Shown here: one piece after another, positions 29,279 to 39,486 of the stretch
Layout of the letters: each line of letters begins with the position of its first letter
Position numbering within the stretch: position 1 is the stretch's first letter
From: a virus
Direction: 5' to 3' (one strand)
DNA length: 64,000 bases
Virus record (IMG/VR): IMGVR_UViG_3300031730_000001
Location: 25,874 to 89,873 of that record
The notes under the pieces: generated by a model
The model's database searches: none
What the model was told of the DNA's origin: nothing
What the model saw: only the letters and a program-made list of their open reading frames with translations
Position numbers and translations under genes: made by a program

Positions 29279-29787
29279 TGGCGCTCCTGCAAGACGTGCG
29301 CACAAAGGCGAAGCACCGCGGCCTCACCCCGTGGCAGCTGGTGCAGAAGATCCGGCGGATCGAAGGCGAACTCGACGAGACCACCTGCAAGAACATCGAG
29401 CTGGCCACCGAGAACGACGAGCTGAAGGCCGAACGCAACCAGCTGGAAGGCGACTTCGATCAGGCCGCCATCGACCTGTCCGGCTGCCGCGAAGACCTTC
29501 AGGCCGCCGAGGCGGAGATCGACTACCTGCGGAAGCGACTCGCCCCGTTCCTGGCGGCCGACGCCAACGAGAACGCGGTCACCGTGCCGCCGATGGTGCG
29601 CGACACCGCGGCGATCGAGGACCAGGCGACCGGGCCGATCTACGTGCAGACGCTGTGGGACGCCCTCGGGGTCGGGCCGACCGCCGCAGTCACCGACCCC
29701 GGGCGCCTGGCGCCGGCTTGGGCGCGCAGCGAGGACGACACCGCGCCCGTGCCCGTCGTCGAGCCGGACCCGGCCACCACCCCCTGA
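29278..29787 (+). CDS. Coiled-coil hypothetical protein
   Basis: Heptad-rich ORF coupled to the previous stop. Confidence 0.6.
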   Translation: MALLQDVRTKAKHRGLTPWQLVQKIRRIEGELDETTCKNIELATENDELKAERNQLEGDFDQAAIDLSGCREDLQAAEAEIDYLRKRLAPFLAADANENAVTVPPMVRDTAAIEDQATGPIYVQTLWDALGVGPTAAVTDPGRLAPAWARSEDDTAPVPVVEPDPATTP

Positions 29788-29891
29788 TCGTCCGGCTGGC
29801 CGGTGCACCCTCCCGGCCAGCCGGCGCCCAACGCAAGAACCCCGCCGAGGTGAAGTCGGCGGGAGTCCACCACCAAGTCTGAGAGCAAGCG

Positions 29892-30536
29892 ATGACGACG
29901 ACAAAGCCACCGTGCGTCGAGTGCGGCGCGCGCATCACCGGAAAGCGAGCCCGCGGGCGATGCCGCCCTTGCTATAAGCGCCTCTACAAAAGGCTCAAGC
30001 GTGAAGGGACCTTCACCTCTTTGGCGGGCGCACCTCGCCCCGGCGCTCCGCTACGTGAGCGCCTGCTGTCCAACATCGACAAGACGGACACCTGCTGGTG
30101 GTGGACCGGTCACGTGGCACCCAAGGGGTACGGCGTGATCTACCTGAAGGGCAAGTCCCTCTATGCGCACCGGGTTTCCTACGAGACCCATATCGGCCCC
30201 ATACCTGAGGGGCTCGTGATCGACCACGCCTGCCACAACCGCGACGAGCAGTGCGCTGGGGGATTCGGCTGCGTCCACCGCCGTTGCGTAAACCCTGGGC
30301 ATCTCGACCCCGTTACCGACGAGGTCAACCGGCAACGGGGTCGCGGAGGGGGAGCGGCTAACCGAACCAAAACGCACTGCATTCGCGGCCATGCATTCAC
30401 TCCGGAGAACACCGAGCGCCAGGCGCCGAGCAAGCCGGGCGGCCGTGAGCGCCGGCGCTGCCGCACCTGCACCCGAGCAAACAAAGACCGTCGTCGTCGT
30501 GCGAAAGCAGCCCAGAAGGCCTCGGCCACCGCCTGA
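29892..30536 (+). CDS. HNH (His-Me finger) homing-type endonuclease
   Basis: CWWWTG, YAHRVSYE, DH.C..RRCVNP.HL, KTHC.RGH. Confidence 0.88.
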   Translation: MTTTKPPCVECGARITGKRARGRCRPCYKRLYKRLKREGTFTSLAGAPRPGAPLRERLLSNIDKTDTCWWWTGHVAPKGYGVIYLKGKSLYAHRVSYETHIGPIPEGLVIDHACHNRDEQCAGGFGCVHRRCVNPGHLDPVTDEVNRQRGRGGGAANRTKTHCIRGHAFTPENTERQAPSKPGGRERRRCRTCTRANKDRRRRAKAAQKASATA

Positions 30537-30693
30537 CCAACAACCCCATAGCTGGCCGCCGGAGTCCCCCCAACTCCGCGGCCTCCCAGGGTCGCCAGCC
30601 CTGCACCACCCCCCGGTCGGGGCTGGCGACCCGCCCTCAGTGCACCCATTTCACGCAGAACACGCAGCTCAGAAGCGAACAGGAGCACCAGAA

Positions 30694-31806
30694 GTGAGCA
30701 CCGATCTCATCAAGGCCGGCGGGGCGCTCGCCATCCGACCGGACCAGACCGACTGGACGCCCGCACAGCAGGCCGTGCTCCAGCAGTCCGGCATCGACAA
30801 CCAGGTGACCGCAGCGGAACTGTCTGCATTCCTCCACCTCTGCCAGCGCACCCGCCTCGACCCGTTCTCCCGGCAGATCTACCTGATCGGCCGTTGGGAC
30901 AGCAGGCAGCAGCGCAAGGTGTACACGCCGCAGACCAGCATCGACGGATACCGCGTCGTCGCACATCGGGTCGTCGCCGAGCAGAACGTAAACCTCGGTT
31001 ACGAGGACACCCTCTGGTGCGACCAGAACGGCCAGTGGCGGGACGTGTGGCTGTCCGATGCGCCGCCGTCCGGTGTGAAGGTCACGGTGGTCCGGAACGG
31101 CCAGCGGTTCCCCGCGGTGGCGCTGTTCCGCGAGTACGTCCAGACCGGCAAGGAGAACAAGCCGATCGGCCTGTGGGGCAAGATGCCCGCCGGCCAGCTC
31201 GCGAAATGCGCCGAGGCGCTGGCGCTCCGGAAGGCGTTTCCCCAGGACCTGGCGGGCGTGTACACGGCCGAGGAGATGGCACAGGCCGACAACCCAGCCG
31301 ACGAGCGGCACCTGCGTTCCGTGCAGCCGGGCGAGAGCGACCCGTGGGCCACGCCTGCACCGGAGCAAGGCGCCGAGTTCGAGCCGCACACCGAGGCGCA
31401 GGCCCTCGCGAAGCGCGCCGCAGCAGCTCAGGACCGCTTCATCATGAGCGCCCTCATCGACGAGGCGAAGCGGCACCTGCCTGCGGACGCCCAGATCCTC
31501 GCGCCCGACACGGAGAAGCCGGACACCCTGCGCGACTACCTGGGGCGCCGCTGGGCGGTTCTGCCGAAGCCGAGCGGGCAGGGCGGCGGCGAGCAGCGCG
31601 AGGACGACATCCCGGATGCCGTGACTGTCCCTGAGGGTGAGACCGAGGCCGACATCGCCGAGCGTCACCTGCGCTCCGCAGCGGCGGCGGCCGGACTCAC
31701 CGAACTGGACACCGAGTTCGAGCGCTCCTACGGCCTGCCCATCCGTGAGGCCGGCGCACAGCAGATGCGCGAAATGACCCGCATCCTCACCGGCTCCGCC
31801 GCCTGA
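30694..31806 (+). CDS. bet: Phage recombination protein Bet (RecT-like annealase)
   Basis: LDPFSRQIY, SIDGYR, WGKMPAGQLAKCAEALALRKAFP..L.G.YT.EEM. Confidence 0.9.
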   Translation: MSTDLIKAGGALAIRPDQTDWTPAQQAVLQQSGIDNQVTAAELSAFLHLCQRTRLDPFSRQIYLIGRWDSRQQRKVYTPQTSIDGYRVVAHRVVAEQNVNLGYEDTLWCDQNGQWRDVWLSDAPPSGVKVTVVRNGQRFPAVALFREYVQTGKENKPIGLWGKMPAGQLAKCAEALALRKAFPQDLAGVYTAEEMAQADNPADERHLRSVQPGESDPWATPAPEQGAEFEPHTEAQALAKRAAAAQDRFIMSALIDEAKRHLPADAQILAPDTEKPDTLRDYLGRRWAVLPKPSGQGGGEQREDDIPDAVTVPEGETEADIAERHLRSAAAAAGLTELDTEFERSYGLPIREAGAQQMREMTRILTGSAA

Positions 31807-31882
31807 CCCACCACCAGCACGGGGCCGCCCTGCCCGTCGACAGCAGGCAGGTCGGCCCCACATCCCAAGGAGACCACGAACC

Positions 31883-32413
31883 ATGAGCCTGAAAGAGGCA
31901 GCAGCCCGCGAGGCCTACCTCAAGACCCTCCTCGACGTCGTCGACGGCGCCTACAAGGCCGCCCGCGTCGAGACTCAGCAGCACCTGGACGAGGCCGCCC
32001 GAGAGAGTGGCACCCGGCAAGTCGCCGTCACGCTGCCCGACGGCCCGGACATCGCCACCGTCAGCCTCTCCGCAGGTGAAGGAGCGGCGAAGGTCACCGA
32101 CTCGGAGAAGTTCAAGGCCTGGGTGCTGGAGAACTACGGCAGCGAGATCAAGCGCGAGTTCGTCACCACCGTGCAGCCCGCGTTCGAGAAGAAGCTCCTC
32201 GCCGAGATGACGGCCTCCAACTCCACCGAGTGGGCCGACATGGAGACCGGCGTCGTGCACGAGGTGCCGGGGGTCGAGATCGCCCCCGCCCGGGCGCGCA
32301 CCCACAACGTCCGCTTCAAGACGGGTGGCCGCGACCAGGTGATGGCCGCCTGGCGTGACGGGCGACTCGTGAACGTCGCGCTGCCGGAGCTCACCGCCGG
32401 GGGTGCCGAATGA
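31883..32413 (+). CDS. Hypothetical protein (recombination module)
   Basis: AAGGAG SD; ETGVVHEVPGVE motif. Confidence 0.65.
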   Translation: MSLKEAAAREAYLKTLLDVVDGAYKAARVETQQHLDEAARESGTRQVAVTLPDGPDIATVSLSAGEGAAKVTDSEKFKAWVLENYGSEIKREFVTTVQPAFEKKLLAEMTASNSTEWADMETGVVHEVPGVEIAPARARTHNVRFKTGGRDQVMAAWRDGRLVNVALPELTAGGAE

Positions 32414-33390
32414 GCTGGCACACCGAACCCCTGCTCGGCTTTGATCTTGAGACAACCGGGATCAACGTCGAGACCGCGCGCATCGTCACCGCGGCGGCCG
32501 TCGACTGGAAGCCCGGCGACAACCTCGACACCCTCCCGGACCGCGCCCGCCTGTGGCTGGCCAACCCGGGCGTCCCGATCCCCGACGAGGCTGTGGCGGT
32601 CCACGGAGTCACGAACGAGATTGCCCGCGCCAACGGCCGGCCCGCCGCCGACGTAGCCGATGAGATCGCGGACGTGCTCGCCGCAACCCTGGCCACCGGC
32701 ATCCCCGTCGTCGCCATGAACGGCCGCTACGACTTCACCGTCCTCGACCGCGAACTCCGCCGCTACGGCCTGCGCACCTTGTGGGAACGCCTCGGCAGCG
32801 AGGTCACGCCCGGCCCGGTCATCGACCCCTACATCCTCGACAAGCAGGCCGACAAGTGGCGGCGCGGCTCCCGCAAGCTGGAAGCGCTCGCCGTTCACTA
32901 CGGGGTCACCCTTGCCGCCGCGCACTGTGCGGACGCCGACGCGCTCGCCGCCGTCGAAGTAGCCGTCGCCATCGGCGAGAAGTACCCGCAACTCCAGGTG
33001 GCCGCCGAGCAGTTGCACGTGTGGCAGATCTGGTGGGCGCGCCAGCAGGCCGCCGACTTCCAGCAGCACCTGCGGAAGACCGACCCCTACGCCGTCATCG
33101 AGGGCGAGTGGCCGCTCATCCAGCTCACCGAGGAGCGGAAGCTGCGGGCGGCCTTCGATCTCCTCGCCGAGCGGTACGAGCACCTGGCCGAGGCCGCCCC
33201 CGACCTGGGCAGCGAACTGCTCATCGACGAGCCCACCCCCCTCCAGCAGTGCCAGGTCGAGCGCGCCCACGCCTACCTCACGGCCGCGACCGACGTCCGC
33301 GAAGTGCTGCGCACCAGTCGGCCGCCCCACGCCCTGATGACCGACGCCGAGCTGGAGCAGTACGGCGCACCCGAGGAGGCCGGGCGATGA
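32410..33390 (+). CDS. DnaQ-like 3'-5' exonuclease
   Basis: FDLETTG, MNGRYD, AH.ADADA. Confidence 0.88.
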   Translation: MSWHTEPLLGFDLETTGINVETARIVTAAAVDWKPGDNLDTLPDRARLWLANPGVPIPDEAVAVHGVTNEIARANGRPAADVADEIADVLAATLATGIPVVAMNGRYDFTVLDRELRRYGLRTLWERLGSEVTPGPVIDPYILDKQADKWRRGSRKLEALAVHYGVTLAAAHCADADALAAVEVAVAIGEKYPQLQVAAEQLHVWQIWWARQQAADFQQHLRKTDPYAVIEGEWPLIQLTEERKLRAAFDLLAERYEHLAEAAPDLGSELLIDEPTPLQQCQVERAHAYLTAATDVREVLRTSRPPHALMTDAELEQYGAPEEAGR

Positions 33391-33791
33391 CCGAGACCCA
33401 TTCCGCCACGATCCTCCGCGCCGCCGACCTGATGCGGCGCCGGGCCCTCGCCGCAACCGCCAGCCCATGGCAAGCCAGTTGGCGCGGCCAGGAGTACCAA
33501 CTCGACGGCAACACCGATAACGACCTCAGCCCGATCGCCGAGTGGACCTACGCCATCGTCACCACCGAGCCGAAGGCCGCAGAGCAGCGCGCCGAATGCG
33601 ACACGGCGAACGCCGACTACATCGCCGGAATGCAGCCCTCCGTCGCCCTGACCGTCGCCAAGTTCCTGGAGTCCAGCGGCAAGCAACTGGCGAACACGGG
33701 TGAGCGCTACGGCACCTGCGACGAGCCGGCCGCCATCGAGTCGGCATACGAGATCGCCGTCACCTACCTCGCCGAGGAGGCCACCTCATGA
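33387..33791 (+). CDS. Ead/Ea22-like protein, paralog of 25927..26367
   Basis: ATASPW...ADYIAGMQP.V. Confidence 0.55.
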   Translation: MTETHSATILRAADLMRRRALAATASPWQASWRGQEYQLDGNTDNDLSPIAEWTYAIVTTEPKAAEQRAECDTANADYIAGMQPSVALTVAKFLESSGKQLANTGERYGTCDEPAAIESAYEIAVTYLAEEATS

Positions 33792-34756
33792 GCAACATCC
33801 AGCCCGCCTTCGACGGCAGCCAGCTCACCGCCGCGGCCCCCGCCACCCGCCGCATCGTCGACGACTACGAGGCGTGGGTCGACGAGGTCACACCGTTCTA
33901 CGAGGCCGCCGCCGACACCCGGCTGCCGTTCACGATCGACGAGGTCGCGAGCCGCCACCACCTGCCGGATCCGCCCAAGCCGAAGAGCATGTGGGGATCG
34001 TTGCCCCGCCGCCTCCTCGACGCCGGAATCATCCAGCACGCCGGCGCCTCCACCTCCGCCCGCGCCGGCTACTCCATGGTCCACCGCTGGATCGGGGTGC
34101 CCGCCGCCCACCGCGAAGCCGTCGCCCGCATGCGGAAAGAGCAGCGGAAGGCCGCCCGGAGCGCGCGCATGGACGGGCGGAGGGCCGCCGCATGATCTCC
34201 GCTGCCGCCGCCGCCTTCCTCGCCTGCCTGGGCCTCACCGTCGGTGTCGCCGCCGTCGTGTACTCGCTCATCGTCCGCCGCGCACAACCCGACGCGGGGA
34301 GGCGGACGTGAGCCACAACGGCACCCTCCCCGTCGTCGCCAACTGGTACATCAACCAGCTCGCCACCTACGGCTGGCCCGTCCTCGCCGTCACCGCCATC
34401 GCCTGCACCGCCGCATGGTGCGGCATCAGTGTCCTCCTCAACCGGGGGCGGTCATGAACCCCGACCTGTACGGCGCGTGGCTCACCGCCGGCAACAACCT
34501 GCAACCCGTCGGGGACTGGCTCGCCGGCAACTGGATCTGGCTCACCGCCGTAGTCGTGGCTGCCGGATTCGCCTGGTGGGCGCTGCGGCGGGAACTCCGG
34601 GCCGCCGGCGAACACGTCACCGCCATCCTCACCGACCAGCGGCAGCCCGGCACCGACAGCGGGCTGTACCTCGACTGCATCGCCATCTACGGCGACTGCG
34701 ACGAACTCGACCGACTCCGCGACGCCATCGAACAACACCGGAAGGAGAAGCCGTGA
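33788..34756 (+). other. Small coupled hypothetical/membrane genes (33788-34195, 34192-34311, 34308-34457, 34454-34756)
   Basis: Coupled start/stop overlaps. Confidence 0.55.
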
Positions 34757-35136
34757 GCCGCTACGACTGGATGGACAGCGCGGCCTGCGCGCAAGTCGAC
34801 CCCGAAATCTTCCACCCCACCGGCAACCCCACCCGCCAGGCCAAAGACGTGTGCGCCCGCTGCCCCGTCCAACGCCAGTGCGCAAGCTTCGCCCACGCCG
34901 TCGAAGGCGAAGTCAGCCACCCCCACCGGCACGGACTGTGGGCCGGAATGTCCGCCCGCGACCGGGCCGGCCGAGCCGTCGAAGACGCCCGGCTCAAGCG
35001 CGACGACACCATCTGGCGCCTCCACACCCGCGGCGGCATGACCGCCGACGAAATCGGGGTGGCTGTCGGCTGCGACGCACGCACCGTCTACCGCGTCCTC
35101 AAGCAGAACCGCGGCTCCTACAAGGAGGCCGCGTGA
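34753..35136 (+). CDS. whiB: WhiB-family regulator with C-terminal HTH
   Basis: W..SAAC...DPEIF...C..CPV...C...GLWAG. Confidence 0.88.
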   Translation: MSRYDWMDSAACAQVDPEIFHPTGNPTRQAKDVCARCPVQRQCASFAHAVEGEVSHPHRHGLWAGMSARDRAGRAVEDARLKRDDTIWRLHTRGGMTADEIGVAVGCDARTVYRVLKQNRGSYKEAA

Positions 35137-35516
35137 TCGTCACCGACTGGCGCCACCTCGCGGGCTGCCTCGACGAGGACCCCGAACTCTTCTTCCCCGT
35201 CGGCGACTCCGACCGCGCCCGCCGGCAAGCCGAGGACGCCAAACGGATCTGCCACACCTGCCCGGTCATCGAGCAGTGCGCCCAGTGGGCCATCGACAAC
35301 CGCATGGAAGCCGGCGTGTGGGGCGGCCTCGACGAAAACCAGCTTCGCAACACCCGCCGCCACCGCACCCCGTCACGGCGCACACCCGCCCGCTGCGGCA
35401 CCCGCCCCGGCTACAAACGCCACCACCGCGAAGGCACCCCCGTCTGCCAGCCCTGCAACGACGCCAACCGCGACTACGCCACCCAACGACTCAACAACCT
35501 CAAGGAAGCCGCCTGA
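35133..35516 (+). CDS. whiB: WhiB-family regulator with C-terminal Zn motif
   Basis: C...DPELFFP...C..CPV...C...GVWGG; CGT..GY..H...C..C. Confidence 0.9.
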   Translation: MIVTDWRHLAGCLDEDPELFFPVGDSDRARRQAEDAKRICHTCPVIEQCAQWAIDNRMEAGVWGGLDENQLRNTRRHRTPSRRTPARCGTRPGYKRHHREGTPVCQPCNDANRDYATQRLNNLKEAA

Positions 35517-37321
35517 TGGCCCGCAACGACAACGACGCGCTCACGGTCATGGACTGGTTCTGCGGTGCCGGCGGCTCCAGCCAGGGCATGCACTCCATCC
35601 CGAGCGTCCGCATGGAACGGGCAGCGAACCACTGGGAGCGGGCGATCGAGTCGCACGCCGCGAACTTCCCCACCGTCGACCACTACCGCGGCGACATCCG
35701 CGAAGCGCCGGTTGAGACGTGGCCCGTCACCGACATCTTCTGGGCCTCCCCGGAGTGCCCACAGTGGTCCAACGCCCGCGGCAAGAAGCGGGACTTCGAC
35801 GCCTCCCTCCAAGGCGACCTCTTCGACGGCTTCGGCCCGTCCGATGAAGTCGAGCGGTCCCGGGCGCTGATGGAGGAAGTCCCCATGTACCTACGCGGTG
35901 TTCAGGCGCGCGGTGGCCTCGTCAAGGCTGGCGTGGTCGAGAACGTGGTGGACGTCCGCGCCTGGGACCAGTGGGACCGGTGGATCGGCGAGATCAAGAA
36001 ACTCGGCTACGAGACCCGGGTCATCGCCCTCAACTCCATGCACGCCGACCCGCGCACCGTCCACAAGGCGCCGCAGAGCAGGGATCGCCTGTACGTGGCG
36101 TACTGGCACAAGAGCCTGGGCCGGACGCCCGACTGGGACAAGTGGCTCCGGCCGCGCGCCTGGTGCACCGGCTGCGACACCTGGGTGCAGGCCGTCCAGC
36201 GATTCAAGCAGCCCGGCCGGGACATGGGCCGCTACCGCCAGCAGTACGTGTACCGGTGCCCGAACGTGGCCTGCCGCAACCAGATCGTCGAGCCGGAGAC
36301 CCTGCCCGCCGCAGTCGCGATCGACTGGAACCTGCCCGGCCAGCGCATCGGCGACCGGACCAAGCCCCTCGCCGACAAGACGCTCGCCCGCATCCAGGCC
36401 GGCCTCGACAAGTTCGCCCGCCCGATCACGCTGGAGGCTGCGGGCAACACCTTCGAGCGGCGCCCCGGTGTCCGTACATGGCCGGTGGATGCTCCGCTGA
36501 CCACACAGACGACGACACCCACCAAGGCCGTGGCCTACGAGCCGTTCATGGTCCCCGCCGGTGGAACCTGGCGGAACGACCCGGTGAGCGTCATGGACCC
36601 GATGGCGTGCCGGACGACGCGCGAGAACGACGGCCTGGCGATACCGCCGCTGCTCATCCCCGTCGAAGGCAGGGATGGTAAGGAGCCCGCCTCGGCGAAC
36701 AACCCGCTGCGGACGCAGACCGCACGGAACGAGACCGGGCTGGCGTGGCTGCCGTTCATGGTGACGATGCGCGGCGGCGGCGACCAGCTCCGCGGCCGCT
36801 CCATCGGCGAGCCGGTCGGCACTGTGTCCGCCAACGGCAACCACCACGGTCTGGTCACCCCGAACCTGCCCGCCTTCCTCATGCGGAACAACACCCCGCG
36901 CGGCAACCCGGCCCAACTGTGCACGGGGGTCGACGAACCAGCGCGCACGCTGACCGCGGCCGGCCATCAGTCGCTGGTGACGTGGGAGCACCTGCTGGTC
37001 CCGTACTACGGCAAGGGCAACGCGCGCACGGTGTCCGAGCCGGTCGGCACCATGATGCCGACCGACAAGTACGCCCTCGTGCAGGGCGACGTCGACATCA
37101 ACGACGTGCTGTTCCGCATGTTGGAGCCCCACGAGATCGGCCGGGCGATGAGCTTCGCCGACGCGTACATCGTCCTCGGCTCGAAGCGCGAGCGCGTCCG
37201 CCAGTACGGCAACGCCGTCACCCCCAACTGCGCCGAGGTCATCGTCTCCGCCCTCGTCGAAGCGATCACCGGCGACGACATCGACCGGCATGCCGAGCCC
37301 GAAACGGCCCTCGCCGCGTGA
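35516..37321 (+). CDS. DNA (cytosine-5) methyltransferase
   Basis: FCGAGG, SPEC, ENV, QSRDR and GNAV motifs. Confidence 0.92.
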   Translation: MARNDNDALTVMDWFCGAGGSSQGMHSIPSVRMERAANHWERAIESHAANFPTVDHYRGDIREAPVETWPVTDIFWASPECPQWSNARGKKRDFDASLQGDLFDGFGPSDEVERSRALMEEVPMYLRGVQARGGLVKAGVVENVVDVRAWDQWDRWIGEIKKLGYETRVIALNSMHADPRTVHKAPQSRDRLYVAYWHKSLGRTPDWDKWLRPRAWCTGCDTWVQAVQRFKQPGRDMGRYRQQYVYRCPNVACRNQIVEPETLPAAVAIDWNLPGQRIGDRTKPLADKTLARIQAGLDKFARPITLEAAGNTFERRPGVRTWPVDAPLTTQTTTPTKAVAYEPFMVPAGGTWRNDPVSVMDPMACRTTRENDGLAIPPLLIPVEGRDGKEPASANNPLRTQTARNETGLAWLPFMVTMRGGGDQLRGRSIGEPVGTVSANGNHHGLVTPNLPAFLMRNNTPRGNPAQLCTGVDEPARTLTAAGHQSLVTWEHLLVPYYGKGNARTVSEPVGTMMPTDKYALVQGDVDINDVLFRMLEPHEIGRAMSFADAYIVLGSKRERVRQYGNAVTPNCAEVIVSALVEAITGDDIDRHAEPETALAA

Positions 37322-37449
37322 CCGCCCGCCACCGCCCGCGCGCCGGGCCCTGACACCCATCCCGCATACCAGCCGGACATGCACCCCAAGGCAGACATAG
37401 CGAAGCCCCGCACATGGCGGGGCTGGGAGGAGACGAGGACGTGCAGCAG

Positions 37450-37650
37450 CTAGGACTTCGGCGCCGGCGCGATGCGGGCGACCCACTCGCGGGTGAAGCC
37501 GGTCAGCTTCGCCATGTGCGACGGGCCCTTGCCTTCTGCGCGTCCCTTCACGAGGAGGTCGCGCAGCTCGGCGTCGGCGTCGTTGAAGGCCTTCTCGGCC
37601 CGAGCGCGCTTCTTCGCTGCGGCCTGAATCTCCGTGTCGAGGGTGTCCAT
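37450..37650 (-). CDS. Small HTH protein
   Basis: PSHMAKLTGFTREWVARI. Confidence 0.7.
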   Translation of the reverse strand: MDTLDTEIQAAAKKRARAEKAFNDADAELRDLLVKGRAEGKGPSHMAKLTGFTREWVARIAPAPKS

Positions 37651-37735
37651 GAAGCACATGGTGACACAGCGTGTCGTGGTCGCGCTATGCCTCCGCGCAT
37701 TGTGAACGCGATGCGCGAACGCTATTCTCATATGC

Positions 37736-38302
37736 ATGACGAGGGAGCCCTTGATTACGCCCAACAGGCGTACCGAAACGCGCCATGCCACACCAGGCAA
37801 CGCCTGCAATCACTTCCAGAAGTACGGGATGACCTGCGACGACTTCGACCGGTTGCTTGCCCGTGCAGCTGGCCGGTGCGAACTCTGCGAGACGCCCGAG
37901 GGGGAGACGCGACGCGGCGGCCTCGTCATCGATCACTTCGAAGGTGGCGGACTGTTCTTCGTCCGCGGACTGATCTGCGACCGCTGCAACTCGGTCATGT
38001 CGCGACACGACAGGTCGGCAGCGTGGGGGCCCTCTTCGCTGCCGTGGGCGGACAGGGCGCGCAGCTACCACCTCGCCGCGTTCGAGCAGCCCACGGCGGA
38101 GGAGTTCGAGCAGGCCGACCGGTACATCGCGGCGCGTCGGACCTACGGGGTCAAGGACCGCCTGTACGTCCCCGTCGCACAGCCGAGGACGCTCGTCGTC
38201 CGACTGGACCGGTCGATGACGGAGGCCGCCGACAAGTTGCACCGGCACCTCACCGACAGGCAGAGGGCCCGACTGGTCGAACTCCTCTCGAAGCCCAAGT
38301 AG
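37736..38302 (+). CDS. Endonuclease VII-like (His-Me finger) protein
   Basis: KYGMT...CELC...LVIDH...VRGLIC..CN. Confidence 0.8.
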   Translation: MTREPLITPNRRTETRHATPGNACNHFQKYGMTCDDFDRLLARAAGRCELCETPEGETRRGGLVIDHFEGGGLFFVRGLICDRCNSVMSRHDRSAAWGPSSLPWADRARSYHLAAFEQPTAEEFEQADRYIAARRTYGVKDRLYVPVAQPRTLVVRLDRSMTEAADKLHRHLTDRQRARLVELLSKPK

Positions 38303-38379
38303 CGCGCCGGAAGCCGCCTTGAGGGCTCGACGCCCCTTACCGAGCCCCCATCCAGCACTCTCCGAAGGACTTCAAACTC

Positions 38380-39486
38380 ATGGCTCGTGGCCACGGCCGG
38401 ATCCTCACCAGCATCTGGGAGGACGCCGACTTCCTCGCGCTCGAAGAGAGGGAGCAGCGCCTCTACCTGTTCCTCATCTCGCAGCCGAACCTGAACCACG
38501 CCGGCCTGCTCGACCTCACCCTGCGCCGCTGGTCCCGCAAGGCCCGCGGGCTCACCTCGGCCGAGCTGGAGAAGCTTCTCCAGTCACTGGAGGCCGCCCG
38601 GTTCATCGTCATGGATGACGACACCGAGGAACTGCTGATCCGGTCGTTCATCCGCAATGACGGCGTGTGGCGCATGCCGAAGGTGATGGGCGCGATGGTG
38701 TCCGGCGCACTGGAAATCTCGTCCAGGCGGCTTCAGTTGGCCCTGCTTGCCGAGGTCGACCGCATCCCCCTGGAGGAGTTGAGCGACGAACCGGCGAAGC
38801 TCCGCAACGGCGGCGAGGGCCCGTCGATCCGGCAGCAGGTTTCCGTCCATATCGACACCCTCCGCAAGGCGTTCGACAACCCGGAGCCGGACCCCACGGA
38901 AGGGGGTTCGGCAACCCCCTCTGAACCCCCTTCGGGAACCCCCTCCGATACCCAACCGGAACCCCCTGCCGAAGGGGGTCCGAAAGGCTCTACGCGCGGG
39001 CGCGCAGCCCTGCACGTGCACGCGGCCCCTGCCCCTGCCCCTGCCCCTGCCCCTGCCCCTGCCCCTGCCCCAACCACTCTTGTGGTTGGGGTGGGTAGTC
39101 AAGCCTCAGGTGGTAGCGCGCCGCGCACCTCGCCGCCTGACGGCGACGCCCCCATCGATCTCGATGGCGGATTCACCGTCAATGACGGCCTGCGTCGCTG
39201 GGCTCACCGCGACGGCTACGCCGACCGTGTCGACATCGACTACGAGACCGCCCAGTTCGTCAGCCACTTCCGCGGCAACTGCCAGCACCGCAGCAACTGG
39301 AACGAGGAGTGGCAGAAGTGGATCCGCCGCGCTCACAAGTGGGCGGTCGAGAACAAGCAGCGCCGCCCCTCCAACGTCATCGATCTTTCCTCCGGCCAGC
39401 CCCTTCCCGGCCCGGATACGAACCTCGCCGGCTGGGCCGCTGTCGCTGCTTCTTTCCCTTCCGAGACCTCTGAGGACTCCGCATGA
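38380..39486 (+). CDS. Phage replication initiator
   Basis: SIW.D.DF..L....QRLYLFL wHTH N-terminus; low-complexity linker with iterons; F..HF...W...W..W C-terminal domain. Confidence 0.75.
   Translation: MARGHGRILTSIWEDADFLALEEREQRLYLFLISQPNLNHAGLLDLTLRRWSRKARGLTSAELEKLLQSLEAARFIVMDDDTEELLIRSFIRNDGVWRMPKVMGAMVSGALEISSRRLQLALLAEVDRIPLEELSDEPAKLRNGGEGPSIRQQVSVHIDTLRKAFDNPEPDPTEGGSATPSEPPSGTPSDTQPEPPAEGGPKGSTRGRAALHVHAAPAPAPAPAPAPAPAPTTLVVGVGSQASGGSAPRTSPPDGDAPIDLDGGFTVNDGLRRWAHRDGYADRVDIDYETAQFVSHFRGNCQHRSNWNEEWQKWIRRAHKWAVENKQRRPSNVIDLSSGQPLPGPDTNLAGWAAVAASFPSETSEDSA
38900..38985. repeat. Iteron-like repeats (candidate replication origin)
   Basis: Four forward AACCCCCT copies flanked by inverted AGGGGGT copies. 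Confidence 0.6.
39025..39071 (+). repeat. (GCCCCT)7 in-frame hexamer repeat encoding Ala-Pro
   Basis: Read directly from the sequence. Confidence 0.9.
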
